From a virus (taxonomy: Duplodnaviria > Caudoviricetes), in the IMG/VR virus record IMGVR_UViG_3300016476_000531, positions 1 through 31,339 of that record: DNA of 31,339 nucleotides. One strand, 5' to 3'. Positions 1 to 7,655 of the stretch are shown piece by piece. The position numbers and the translations under genes were made by a program. How positions within the stretch are numbered: the stretch's first letter is position 1; every line of letters begins with the position of its first letter. The notes beneath the pieces were generated by a model, which made no database searches, had not been told where the DNA came from, and saw only the letters and a program-made list of their open reading frames with translations.

Positions 1-2
1 GC

Positions 3-1244
3 CTCGGTGGGGCAATGGCTGGATATGGCAGCGCCGCAAACGGTATGGGCCAGTCCATGCGGGGCTTCGGGCAGGCCGCCAACCAGCTCGGCAATGTGCT
101 CGGCGGCTATGGCTCCATGGCGGGCGGCGTCAACCAGGCCATGGGAGGCTATGGCGGCGTCGCGGGTGCCATCAATCAGGGCATGGGCATTCTGGGCCAG
201 ATGGGCCAGCAGTTCGGCGGCGCGGCCTCGACCTACGGCAAGATGGCCGGAATGGCCCCGGACCAGATCCGCGAGCAGTCTCTCGCAGGCACCAGCCTTT
301 CGCCCTACATGAACCCCTTCCAGCGTGACGTGATCGACGCGACGATGGGAGAGCTTGGGCGGCAGGAGGAACTCCAGAACCTTGCCATTCAGGACCGGGC
401 GCAGCGCGCAGGCGCCTTCGGTGGCGACCGCATGGCGGTGCAGGAGGCCGAGAACAACCGGAACTTCGACCAGACCCGTGCCCAGACGCTGGCAAACCTG
501 AACTTCCAGAACTTCGGCAACGCGCAGCAGCAGGCCACCAACGACATCAACCGGAACTTCCAGGCGCAGCAGGCCAATCAAGGCATGAATGCCGGCATGA
601 TGCAGTCTGGCGCTGCGGGTCTTGCGGGCATGGCCGGGCAGGGAGCCACGGGCCTCTCAAGCCTCGGCCAGTTCGGCGTCTCCGGTCTCGGAAGCATGGG
701 GCAGTCTGGCCTTGCCGGGCTCGGGTCTCTAACACAGATGGGGCTGTCCGGCCTCAACAATTCCGGCCAGTTCGGCATCTCGGGCCTGGGCAACATGGCC
801 CAGACGGGCACCGCAGGCCTCGGCAGCTTGGGCCAGGCGGGCGTGTCGGGTCTCGGAAGCCTCGGCCAGACGGGCCTCTCGGGCCTCGGCTCGCTTGGCC
901 AGAGCATGGCAAGCATGGGCCAGAACCAGCAGCAGTTCGGCCAGAACCAGCTCGGCGGCCTCGCCAACCAGGGATTCCAGATGGGCGAGAGCGTCGAGAA
1001 CCGGAACCTTGCGATGGGCCAGCTCCAGCAGCAGCAGCAGCAGATGATCCTCGACGCCATCAAGGCGCAGACGATGGGCTGGCAGAACTACGGAGACGTG
1101 GGCCTCGCCCGCTACTTCGGCGCGACGCAGAACCCCAGCGGCTACGGCACCTCGAACACGAAGGGCACCGTGACCACCAGCAGCAACCCCGGCTTGGGCG
1201 GGATCCTCGGATCTGTCGCCTCCATCGCCGGCGCCTTCGCATAG
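3..1244 (+). CDS. DNA ejection/pilot (internal virion) protein, probably 5'-truncated by the window edge
   Basis: G/Q/M/A-rich. Contains the LSPYMNPF...AQRAGAFGGDR motif typical of podoviral ejection proteins. The frame is open upstream of the ATG at 15. Ends in a hydrophobic Gly-rich tail. Confidence 0.75.
   Translation, partial: LGGAMAGYGSAANGMGQSMRGFGQAANQLGNVLGGYGSMAGGVNQAMGGYGGVAGAINQGMGILGQMGQQFGGAASTYGKMAGMAPDQIREQSLAGTSLSPYMNPFQRDVIDATMGELGRQEELQNLAIQDRAQRAGAFGGDRMAVQEAENNRNFDQTRAQTLANLNFQNFGNAQQQATNDINRNFQAQQANQGMNAGMMQSGAAGLAGMAGQGATGLSSLGQFGVSGLGSMGQSGLAGLGSLTQMGLSGLNNSGQFGISGLGNMAQTGTAGLGSLGQAGVSGLGSLGQTGLSGLGSLGQSMASMGQNQQQFGQNQLGGLANQGFQMGESVENRNLAMGQLQQQQQQMILDAIKAQTMGWQNYGDVGLARYFGATQNPSGYGTSNTKGTVTTSSNPGLGGILGSVASIAGAFA
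618..914 (+). repeat. Nine degenerate 33-nt (11-aa) tandem coding repeats, consensus about GLGSLGQxGxS
   Basis: GLAGMAGQGAT/GLSSLGQFGVS/GLGSMGQSGLA/GLGSLTQMGLS/GLNNSGQFGIS/GLGNMAQTGTA/GLGSLGQAGVS/GLGSLGQTGLS/GLGSLGQSMAS. Confidence 0.9.
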
Positions 1245-1253
1245 GAGTAAGGC

Positions 1254-2633
1254 ATGGGCATTCTCGGCAATCTCTTCGGCATGTCGGACGAGACGAGCAC
1301 CGACTTCGGCTCGCGTCTTGCGCTGGCAGGCCAAGTGCTCATGGCCATGGATCAGGGCCAGGTGGCGAATATTGGCCCGTCCGTCGCGGCGCTGAACGAG
1401 CGCCGCCGCCGGATCGCGGACGAGATGCAGTCCAAGAAGTGGCTTCAGAACCAGGCGGCGGCCATGGCCGACAAGAACCCGCGCCTGGCGCAGTTCCTTG
1501 AGGGTGCGCCCGCTGGCGTGGGCGAGAGCCTTATTTCGGAATATTACAAGACGCTGCTGGCACCGCCGGACTGGAAGACGTTTGAGAGCCAAGGCGACAT
1601 CTACCGCTACAACCCGCTCGACCCGAACAGCAAGCCCGAGATATTCTTCGACGGGCCCGGGCCGGCTCCCGAGTGGAAGACGCTTGAGAACGGCGGCGAT
1701 GTTTACCGTTACAACGCCAACGACCCGAACAGCCGGCCAGAGTTATTCCTCGACGGCCAGCCGCAGATGCCGGATGGCGAGCTGGGCCAGTACCTCAACG
1801 ACCAGAAAATGCGCGAAGCTAAGGGCCTTCCGCCGCAGCTCTTCGCGGACTGGAAGATGTCCATGCAGAAGCCCGAGTCCTCATTCCGCCCTGCCACGCT
1901 CGAGGAGAAGCGCCAATTCGGCGTCGGGCCCGAGACGCCGCTCGCAATAGATACGGTCTCGGGCAAGCCGTTTGTCGTCTCTGGAAATGGCGTCACGGTC
2001 AACATGGGCAGCGAGATTGGAACCATTCCGCCCGGCTATCAGGCCGTAAAGGGTGAGGACGGGCGCTATCGCCTCGAGGTCATCCCCGGTGGCCCGGCTG
2101 AAGCAGAGCAGGCTGCGGCTGGGGCAAAGTCGGACAGGAAAACCGCACAGCAGCAACAGGCGGTGGACATCGTTACCCAAGATATTGATCGCGCTTTGGC
2201 TCTCCTTGACAACGATAGTTGGTACAATCCCGCCGCCGGCTTGGGCGCAGGAACTATGGCTCGTTTCGGGGGAACAAACGCTGCAAATCTGGTTGAGCTC
2301 ACAACGACAATTGCGAGCAACATCTCCAAGGATGGGATGAACCAGATGCGCGAAAACTCGCCAACCGGGGCTGGCATGGGCACTGTCAGTGACGCAGATC
2401 TCGCGATGCTTAAGACGGCGCTCGGTAGCGTAGGAAACAGCCAGAGCGAGGACCAGCTCCGCTATAACCTCAACCGCCTTTGGAACCTATATCAGGACAC
2501 TATCCACGGCCCGAACGGAGGCCCGCCGCGCAGGCAGCTCACGCCGCCCGTAGACGGCCAGGCGGCACAGCCTGCACCAGCTAATCCGCCCAAGGTTCTC
2601 AAATGGGATCCCCAGAAAGGACTGACGCCATGA
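1254..2633 (+). CDS. Putative DNA ejection protein (P22 gp20-like position)
   Basis: RBS GGAG upstream. C-terminal GAGMGTVSDADLAML motif seen in ejection proteins. Internal 34-aa duplication. Second gene of the ejection cluster. Confidence 0.7.
   Translation: MGILGNLFGMSDETSTDFGSRLALAGQVLMAMDQGQVANIGPSVAALNERRRRIADEMQSKKWLQNQAAAMADKNPRLAQFLEGAPAGVGESLISEYYKTLLAPPDWKTFESQGDIYRYNPLDPNSKPEIFFDGPGPAPEWKTLENGGDVYRYNANDPNSRPELFLDGQPQMPDGELGQYLNDQKMREAKGLPPQLFADWKMSMQKPESSFRPATLEEKRQFGVGPETPLAIDTVSGKPFVVSGNGVTVNMGSEIGTIPPGYQAVKGEDGRYRLEVIPGGPAEAEQAAAGAKSDRKTAQQQQAVDIVTQDIDRALALLDNDSWYNPAAGLGAGTMARFGGTNAANLVELTTTIASNISKDGMNQMRENSPTGAGMGTVSDADLAMLKTALGSVGNSQSEDQLRYNLNRLWNLYQDTIHGPNGGPPRRQLTPPVDGQAAQPAPANPPKVLKWDPQKGLTP
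1563..1766 (+). repeat. Two tandem 102-nt (34-aa) repeats
   Basis: PPDWKTFESQGDIYRYNPLDPNSKPEIFFDGPGP / APEWKTLENGGDVYRYNANDPNSRPELFLDGQPQ. Confidence 0.9.
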
Positions 2634-4564
2634 TCGTTGAAGGCCCGAACGGGATTCGCGTTGAATTTCCCGAAGGCACAGACCCATCCGTCATCGACAA
2701 GGTGATGCGCCAGGCTTCTCAGCAGGCGGCAGCGTCTCCGTCTCCGAAGGAAGCTCCCAAGGCATACTGGGACAGTTCCAGCCAGGCAATGGACACGCTC
2801 ACCATGGGCGGAACGACCAAGGGCGGCGCCGCCATGACGGCGCTTCTCGACGCCACGCTGAACGCCATCAAGGGCGAGGGGTTCGACTACTCAAACCAGT
2901 ACAACGAGAACTTGGCCGCTCTCCGCGAAGCGCAGGCCCGTTACAACGAAGAGAGCCCTGTCATGGCCCGCATTGGCGATGCCGGTGGCCTTGCGTTGGG
3001 AGCGGCGAGGCTTCCTGTTGTCGCCGGGCGCGGTGTCCTTGGAGCCATCGCCACTGGCCTTGGCTATGGCGCGGCAGGCGGCGCTCTGGAGGATGCCAAC
3101 TCGCTCTCAGAGCGCGCGACCAATACGCTGAAAGGCGGCGCAGCAGGCGGCCTGATCGGCGCCGGTGGGTATGGCGCAGGCAAGGCCGTTGCGTGGGGCC
3201 TCGACAAGGCGGGCCGGGCGATCAAGAACATCACGCTGCCGCCTGAGACGCGGGCTGCTGGCGAGATTGCCAGCATGGCCGACGACAGGTTTGGGCCCAA
3301 CTCGGCGATGCTTATGGATCGCGAGCTCGCAAGGCTGGGCCCTGATGCCGTACGTGTTGACGTGCTGGGTGAGCAGGGGCTGGCTGCGGCGCGGCGGGCC
3401 GCCAACGTGAACCCGGCCGCCCGGGAGACCCTTGAGACTTTTGCCCAGGCACGCAAGACAAACCAGAACGCCCGTCTCGTGGCCGATGTTCAGAATGCTG
3501 GCGGAGTTCCCAAGGGCTCGCGCAAGACGGTCGAAGAGCTGCAGCAGGACGCCTACAAGGCCGTGCGGCCGCAGATCTCGGCCGCATATGAGGCCGCCCG
3601 GGAAGCGGGAAAAGATGTGCCGCTGGATTTTTTCCAAGACGTTCTGAATACGCCGGTGGGCAAAGCGGCATTCGAGCAAGCGTCTGAGAACGTGGCAACG
3701 CGCACAGCCATTCGAGGTGAGGGCGGCGGTAATCTCGCTATCCTCGACGAGACCAAGCGCATCCTCGACAAGAAGGCGACCAAGGCATACCGCGAGAGCG
3801 ACGCCATGGCAGATGTCTACTCCGACCTTTCCAAGCATCTCCGCTCCCAGATGGATGTTCTGCTCAACGCGAATGAGTATGCTGCCGCCCGTGGGCTGCG
3901 CCAAAAAGCCTACAAGGCCGAGGAAGCCTTCCAGCTTGGCGAGGAACTCGGGCAACGCAACGTGCCCATGGATGCCCCGGGGCGGGCCGCAAAGGTCGAG
4001 CCAGACAACGCCAAGAACGTGGCGGCGGCCTATGCCCAGACGAAGGCGCAGCGGCTGTTGAACAACAACAATACCGAGGCGGCCATGACGGAGTTTGCCA
4101 CGCCTTCGGGCAGGGAGGCATCCAAGGCCGCGCTCGGCCAGAAGGCTGCGGATATTGATGCGGCGATCGAGCGTGAAAAGCTGTTCAATGCCCTGAACAA
4201 GGCACTCGGCAACTCCACGACTGCGCGGCAGCTTATTGAGGCTGGAGGTGCTGGCGTCGCAGGCGCAGGGCTGGGCGGCTATCTCTCAGACTACGACCCT
4301 TTCACCATGGGCGTTACGGGTGTCCTGAGCGCCTTGGCGCGTCGCACCGCACCGAAGATCGGCCAGCAGATCACGTCGCGCACGCAGATGCGCGTGGCGC
4401 CTGAATCGGCACGACTGCTTACCGGCAGGGGCGCACTCCCGTCCGCGCAGCTTGTGGGCCCCAATGTGCTTGAACGTCTGTCGAAGGTGGAAGCCGAGGC
4501 AATGATGAAGGCGCTGCTGCTCGAGCTTCAGAAGAACAATCCCCAGACGAACCGGGCCCAATAA
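2630..4564 (+). CDS. Large DNA ejection protein (P22 gp16-like position)
   Basis: ATGA overlap with the upstream stop. N-terminal VEGPNG..VEFPEGT motif, Gly/Ala-rich hydrophobic segments, and a late GNSTTARQL motif typical of this class. Confidence 0.75.
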   Translation: MIVEGPNGIRVEFPEGTDPSVIDKVMRQASQQAAASPSPKEAPKAYWDSSSQAMDTLTMGGTTKGGAAMTALLDATLNAIKGEGFDYSNQYNENLAALREAQARYNEESPVMARIGDAGGLALGAARLPVVAGRGVLGAIATGLGYGAAGGALEDANSLSERATNTLKGGAAGGLIGAGGYGAGKAVAWGLDKAGRAIKNITLPPETRAAGEIASMADDRFGPNSAMLMDRELARLGPDAVRVDVLGEQGLAAARRAANVNPAARETLETFAQARKTNQNARLVADVQNAGGVPKGSRKTVEELQQDAYKAVRPQISAAYEAAREAGKDVPLDFFQDVLNTPVGKAAFEQASENVATRTAIRGEGGGNLAILDETKRILDKKATKAYRESDAMADVYSDLSKHLRSQMDVLLNANEYAAARGLRQKAYKAEEAFQLGEELGQRNVPMDAPGRAAKVEPDNAKNVAAAYAQTKAQRLLNNNNTEAAMTEFATPSGREASKAALGQKAADIDAAIEREKLFNALNKALGNSTTARQLIEAGGAGVAGAGLGGYLSDYDPFTMGVTGVLSALARRTAPKIGQQITSRTQMRVAPESARLLTGRGALPSAQLVGPNVLERLSKVEAEAMMKALLLELQKNNPQTNRAQ

Positions 4565-4647
4565 TGCATGGCGACCATCATGGCGATGAAGATGGCCAGT
4601 TTAATGAGCCCACCGGCTACGAAGATCGGTTCATGTTCTTGGTTCAT
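4528..4647 (-). CDS. 39-aa antisense membrane peptide (candidate superinfection exclusion)
   Basis: Manual translation MNQEHEPIFVAGGLIKLAIFIAMMVAMHYWARFVWGLFF*. Preceded by TTGTGC-N16-TAGGGT with an extended -10 (TGn), 6 nt before the ATG. Confidence 0.55.
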   Translation of the reverse strand: MNQEHEPIFVAGGLIKLAIFIAMMVAMHYWARFVWGLFF

Positions 4648-4701
4648 TCCCGCACCCTACCACTCCGTAGTTTCCGCACAACGTAAAAAGGATTGACGCC
4701 G

Positions 4702-5595
4702 ATGAAGCTCCCCAGCGTCCAAGAAATGGAGGCCTATATCCGCCAGGCGGCGCAGGCTCGAGGCATCGACCCGGACATCGCGGTGCGCGTCGCTCGCAGC
4801 GAAGGTTTGGCGCCCGATACGTGGCAGAGCAATGTCACGCTGAAGTATGGCCGTGAGCAGAGCTATGGGCCTTTCCAGCTTCACGTTGCGCCTGCCGGCT
4901 ACAAGCCTGGCATGGGTAACGACTTCGTGAAGGCCACGGGCCTCAACCCGGCGGATCCCTCGACCTGGAAGCAGGGCGTCGACTTCGCGCTCGACAATGC
5001 GGCCAAGGGCGGCTGGGGGCCTTGGTTCGGTGCCAAGGGCGTCGGCATCACCGGCATGATGGGCATCAACAACGGCAAGGCCCTCGGCGTCTCGCCCGCA
5101 GCCCCGCAGGGGGCGGGCCCGGGCCGCGGCACCATGGCGGGCTACAGGAAGCAGCCCGGGCAGTATTCGGGCGGCCAGTACGTGCCGCCGGTGGATGTCA
5201 CGTTCTATGCCGACAACTCCCCGGCCTTGCCGCAGGGCGGGGCAGGCACGGTCATGGGCGGGTTCATGGGCGGCCAGAGACAGGTTGCGGCCCGCCAGCC
5301 TGACGTTCAAATCCAGCCCGCCGTGGGGCAGCAGACGGCAGACTTCCGGCCGACGCGCTTTCAGCAGGACATGGCCCGCCAGGCGTTCAACGGCGACCCC
5401 TCGCAGCTCGCGCGCATCCTTGAGGCCACTGGGCTCGACCCCACCGGCAAGAAGCGCCTTAACCCGCGCGGCATGAACAACCCCGGCATCATGGCAATGC
5501 TGCAAAGCAAGATGAACGCGCCGAAGATCCCGGCTTCGGGTGGCGGACTCGGAGGCGGCGGCATCCTCGGGAAGATCTTCGGCCTCTTCGGATAA
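4702..5595 (+). CDS. Virion-associated lysozyme-like/lytic transglycosylase domain protein
   Basis: YIRQAAQARGIDPDIAVRVARSEG (putative catalytic E), SYGPFQL and GWGPW are SLT-like motifs. Low-complexity C-terminal half. RBS AAGGA. Confidence 0.75.
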   Translation: MKLPSVQEMEAYIRQAAQARGIDPDIAVRVARSEGLAPDTWQSNVTLKYGREQSYGPFQLHVAPAGYKPGMGNDFVKATGLNPADPSTWKQGVDFALDNAAKGGWGPWFGAKGVGITGMMGINNGKALGVSPAAPQGAGPGRGTMAGYRKQPGQYSGGQYVPPVDVTFYADNSPALPQGGAGTVMGGFMGGQRQVAARQPDVQIQPAVGQQTADFRPTRFQQDMARQAFNGDPSQLARILEATGLDPTGKKRLNPRGMNNPGIMAMLQSKMNAPKIPASGGGLGGGGILGKIFGLFG

Positions 5596-5607
5596 GGATT
5601 TAAGGCG

Positions 5608-7209
5608 ATGGCGAGACTGACGGCAGAGACATTGAAGAAACCCAAGCGCCCGGTAGACGTGATGCAGGGCGACGGCACTTTCGTTGAGACCCGCCCGAGC
5701 AAGTGGCAGCAGACATGGGACATCGTCGGCCCCTATGTGACAGCGCCCGTCGACGCCTGGAAGGGCCTGATGGATGCCGATCTCGGTACGCTGCTTTACG
5801 ACACCGGCCCGCGTGGTCGGCAGGCCGTCGAGAATGCGTTCAACGTCGCCGGCACGGTGACCGGCGGCTCAAGCGTTGTGCCGAAGCAAGCCGGGGCCGT
5901 GACCATGGGCGTGTCCAGCGGCCCGAAGCTCCGTGGCCTCAAGAAAGGCAAACCGCGCCTGACGCCCGAGATCCTCGACAGCACGCCGCCCAAGAGCGGC
6001 CACAACCGCCCGCCAGCGCCGCTGCCGCGCCTCGAGGACGTTCTCACCGCTCGCGCGCAGCAAATGGCACTGCCCGAGAAAAAGCGCATCCAGCCAGACC
6101 CGAACCGCACCCGGCTCATCGATACAGACTATCAGACCCCAGCGCCGTTCAACGACCGGCCCAACCTGGCCGACAACTACCCGCGCAACCCGGATCCGAT
6201 GGCCGCACTGCCGCTGGGCGACCGCGCGCGGGTTCTGGTCGACTACCGTGAGCAGATCGCTGATCGGCTCGCGGAGAAGATCAAGGCTCGCGGTCTCGTC
6301 GGCACCGACGTTCAGTATTTCTACAGCTCTGACGGGCCCATTTACCGGGCCGCCATCAAGGCTGGCCTGAGCGACCCCGAGGCAAAACAATACATCAACG
6401 ACTTCGCGCAGTATTACGCCGCCACCAGCCCCCGGACGGACACAACGCAGAACCTTCGCAACGCCACGCTGGCGATGGCGAAGAAGGAACGCGGCATCCC
6501 GCTTCGTGACGTGATCGGCCCCGGCACGATCGACGCCAAGGGTAACAAGGGCATCTCGGAGAAGGGTTACCCGATGATGACCGGCAAGGGCGGCATCCAC
6601 GGGCAGCTCCTCGACGCGGTGCAAAGCGGCGCTGGCATCGACAGCATGACCAACCCCAAGCCGTCGACATTCGGGGGCAATATGGGCGGTAACCTCTCGG
6701 GCGTGACGGCCGACACGCACGCGATCCGCGGCGTTCTAATGGCCCTGAACGAAATCCAGCCGGGCATTGTGCCTGATGGCTGGATCATCAAGGACTCGCT
6801 TGCGGACTACAAGGCGAGCCCGCAAAGCCTGAACCCGAGCATGATCGACGACACGCTTGGCACCCAGATGATCGGCCCCAAGGGCAAGCGAGTGGAGGCG
6901 CAGACGGAATACCCGGTGATTGCCGACATCTGGCACACGGTGGCCGACAGGTTGGGCGTTAAGCCGGCCGAGGCTCAGTCCTTGGGCTGGTTCAGTCTGG
7001 GCGACGAGACCAACCTGGGCAGCGAGCTCAAGACGGTGGCGGCTCTTATGGATGACCGGATCAACGTGACCTCCCAGGCTCTGGGCGTGCCCCCAGAGGT
7101 AGTGGCGAAGCAGCTCTTCCGCCGGCAGATTCCGTTGATGGGTATGGGCGGCGCGGGCATTCTCGGCGCCTTGGCGGCGCAGCAACCCTCGGAGGAGCCC
7201 CGGATCTAG
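5608..7209 (+). CDS. Probable injected protein with HhH-GPD DNA glycosylase/AP-lyase-like domain
   Basis: Motifs AATSP..N, NPK(351)PSTF..N..G..VTAD(369)THAIR and Y..IA....A..LGV.PAEAQ..W. Ejection-protein-like termini. Last gene of the late operon. Confidence 0.6.
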   Translation: MARLTAETLKKPKRPVDVMQGDGTFVETRPSKWQQTWDIVGPYVTAPVDAWKGLMDADLGTLLYDTGPRGRQAVENAFNVAGTVTGGSSVVPKQAGAVTMGVSSGPKLRGLKKGKPRLTPEILDSTPPKSGHNRPPAPLPRLEDVLTARAQQMALPEKKRIQPDPNRTRLIDTDYQTPAPFNDRPNLADNYPRNPDPMAALPLGDRARVLVDYREQIADRLAEKIKARGLVGTDVQYFYSSDGPIYRAAIKAGLSDPEAKQYINDFAQYYAATSPRTDTTQNLRNATLAMAKKERGIPLRDVIGPGTIDAKGNKGISEKGYPMMTGKGGIHGQLLDAVQSGAGIDSMTNPKPSTFGGNMGGNLSGVTADTHAIRGVLMALNEIQPGIVPDGWIIKDSLADYKASPQSLNPSMIDDTLGTQMIGPKGKRVEAQTEYPVIADIWHTVADRLGVKPAEAQSLGWFSLGDETNLGSELKTVAALMDDRINVTSQALGVPPEVVAKQLFRRQIPLMGMGGAGILGALAAQQPSEEPRI

Positions 7210-7418
7210 TACATCCTGTCGAGCATGTGCTTGGTGGCGGCTGTGAGGCCGCCGACCATCCCCAGCGTCCGCACGCCGGCACTGTGAGCGGTGCCGCCAA
7301 AGCGGTCTGTGACGATCGCGACGCCTTGGATTTCGCCAGTCTTGGCAAGCTCAAGCATGTTCTCGAGGAGCTGGACAACAGCCTCATCGGCCTTCGGGGT
7401 AAGGTCAATCACTTTCAT
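7206..7418 (-). CDS. Small conserved-type phage hypothetical protein (70 aa), convergent with the late operon
   Basis: RBS GGAG before the ATG at 7418 (MKVIDLTPK...). Stop overlaps the stop of 5608..7209. Confidence 0.7.
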   Translation of the reverse strand: MKVIDLTPKADEAVVQLLENMLELAKTGEIQGVAIVTDRFGGTAHSAGVRTLGMVGGLTAATKHMLDRMY

Positions 7419-7477
7419 CTGCGGATCTCCGGGTACATCCAAACGCTACCACAAATTGGCCCGACACAGAAGTGGAT

Positions 7478-7654
7478 CGTTCTGACATTGGCTCAGGCCA
7501 GCCGCGTCACGGGAGGACCGTAACAAGAACGCACGTCAGAACGTAAGCCAATGATTTCAATGGGATAGGCTAGTGCCGGCTTCTTGTGAACTTCTATCTT
7601 TTTCCATTTTGCTTCAATGGCGACGTTCTGACGCGTTCTTACCGGCGTTCTGAC
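7478..7654. other. attP: integrase arm-type sites and IHF-like site
   Basis: CGTTCTGAC-type sites at 7478-7486 (+), 7524-7531 (partial) and 7535-7543 (inverted), and three direct copies at 7624-7632, 7634-7642 and 7646-7654. IHF-like TAAGCCAATGATT at 7544-7556. Lies immediately downstream of int. Confidence 0.75.
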
Positions 7655-7655
7655 G

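Noticed and set aside
1026-1043. CAG run (poly-Gln) as a contingency microsatellite
   Set aside because: Short, in frame, and within a generally Q-rich protein.
729-6720. Minus-strand ORFs of about 280 aa (729..1592, 3107..3955, 4657..5505, 5869..6720)
   Set aside because: Shadow frames of well-supported plus-strand genes.
7565-7595. Minus-strand AGCCGGCACTA resembling a tRNA 3' end (..GCCGGCACCA) in attP
   Set aside because: No T-arm (GTTCRANTC) or cloverleaf can be built. It may relate to the att core but is not supportable as a tRNA.
7525-7650. GAAC/GTTC pairs in attP as LexA boxes
   Set aside because: Spacings are 6 or 8 nt, not 7. They belong to the integrase arm repeats.
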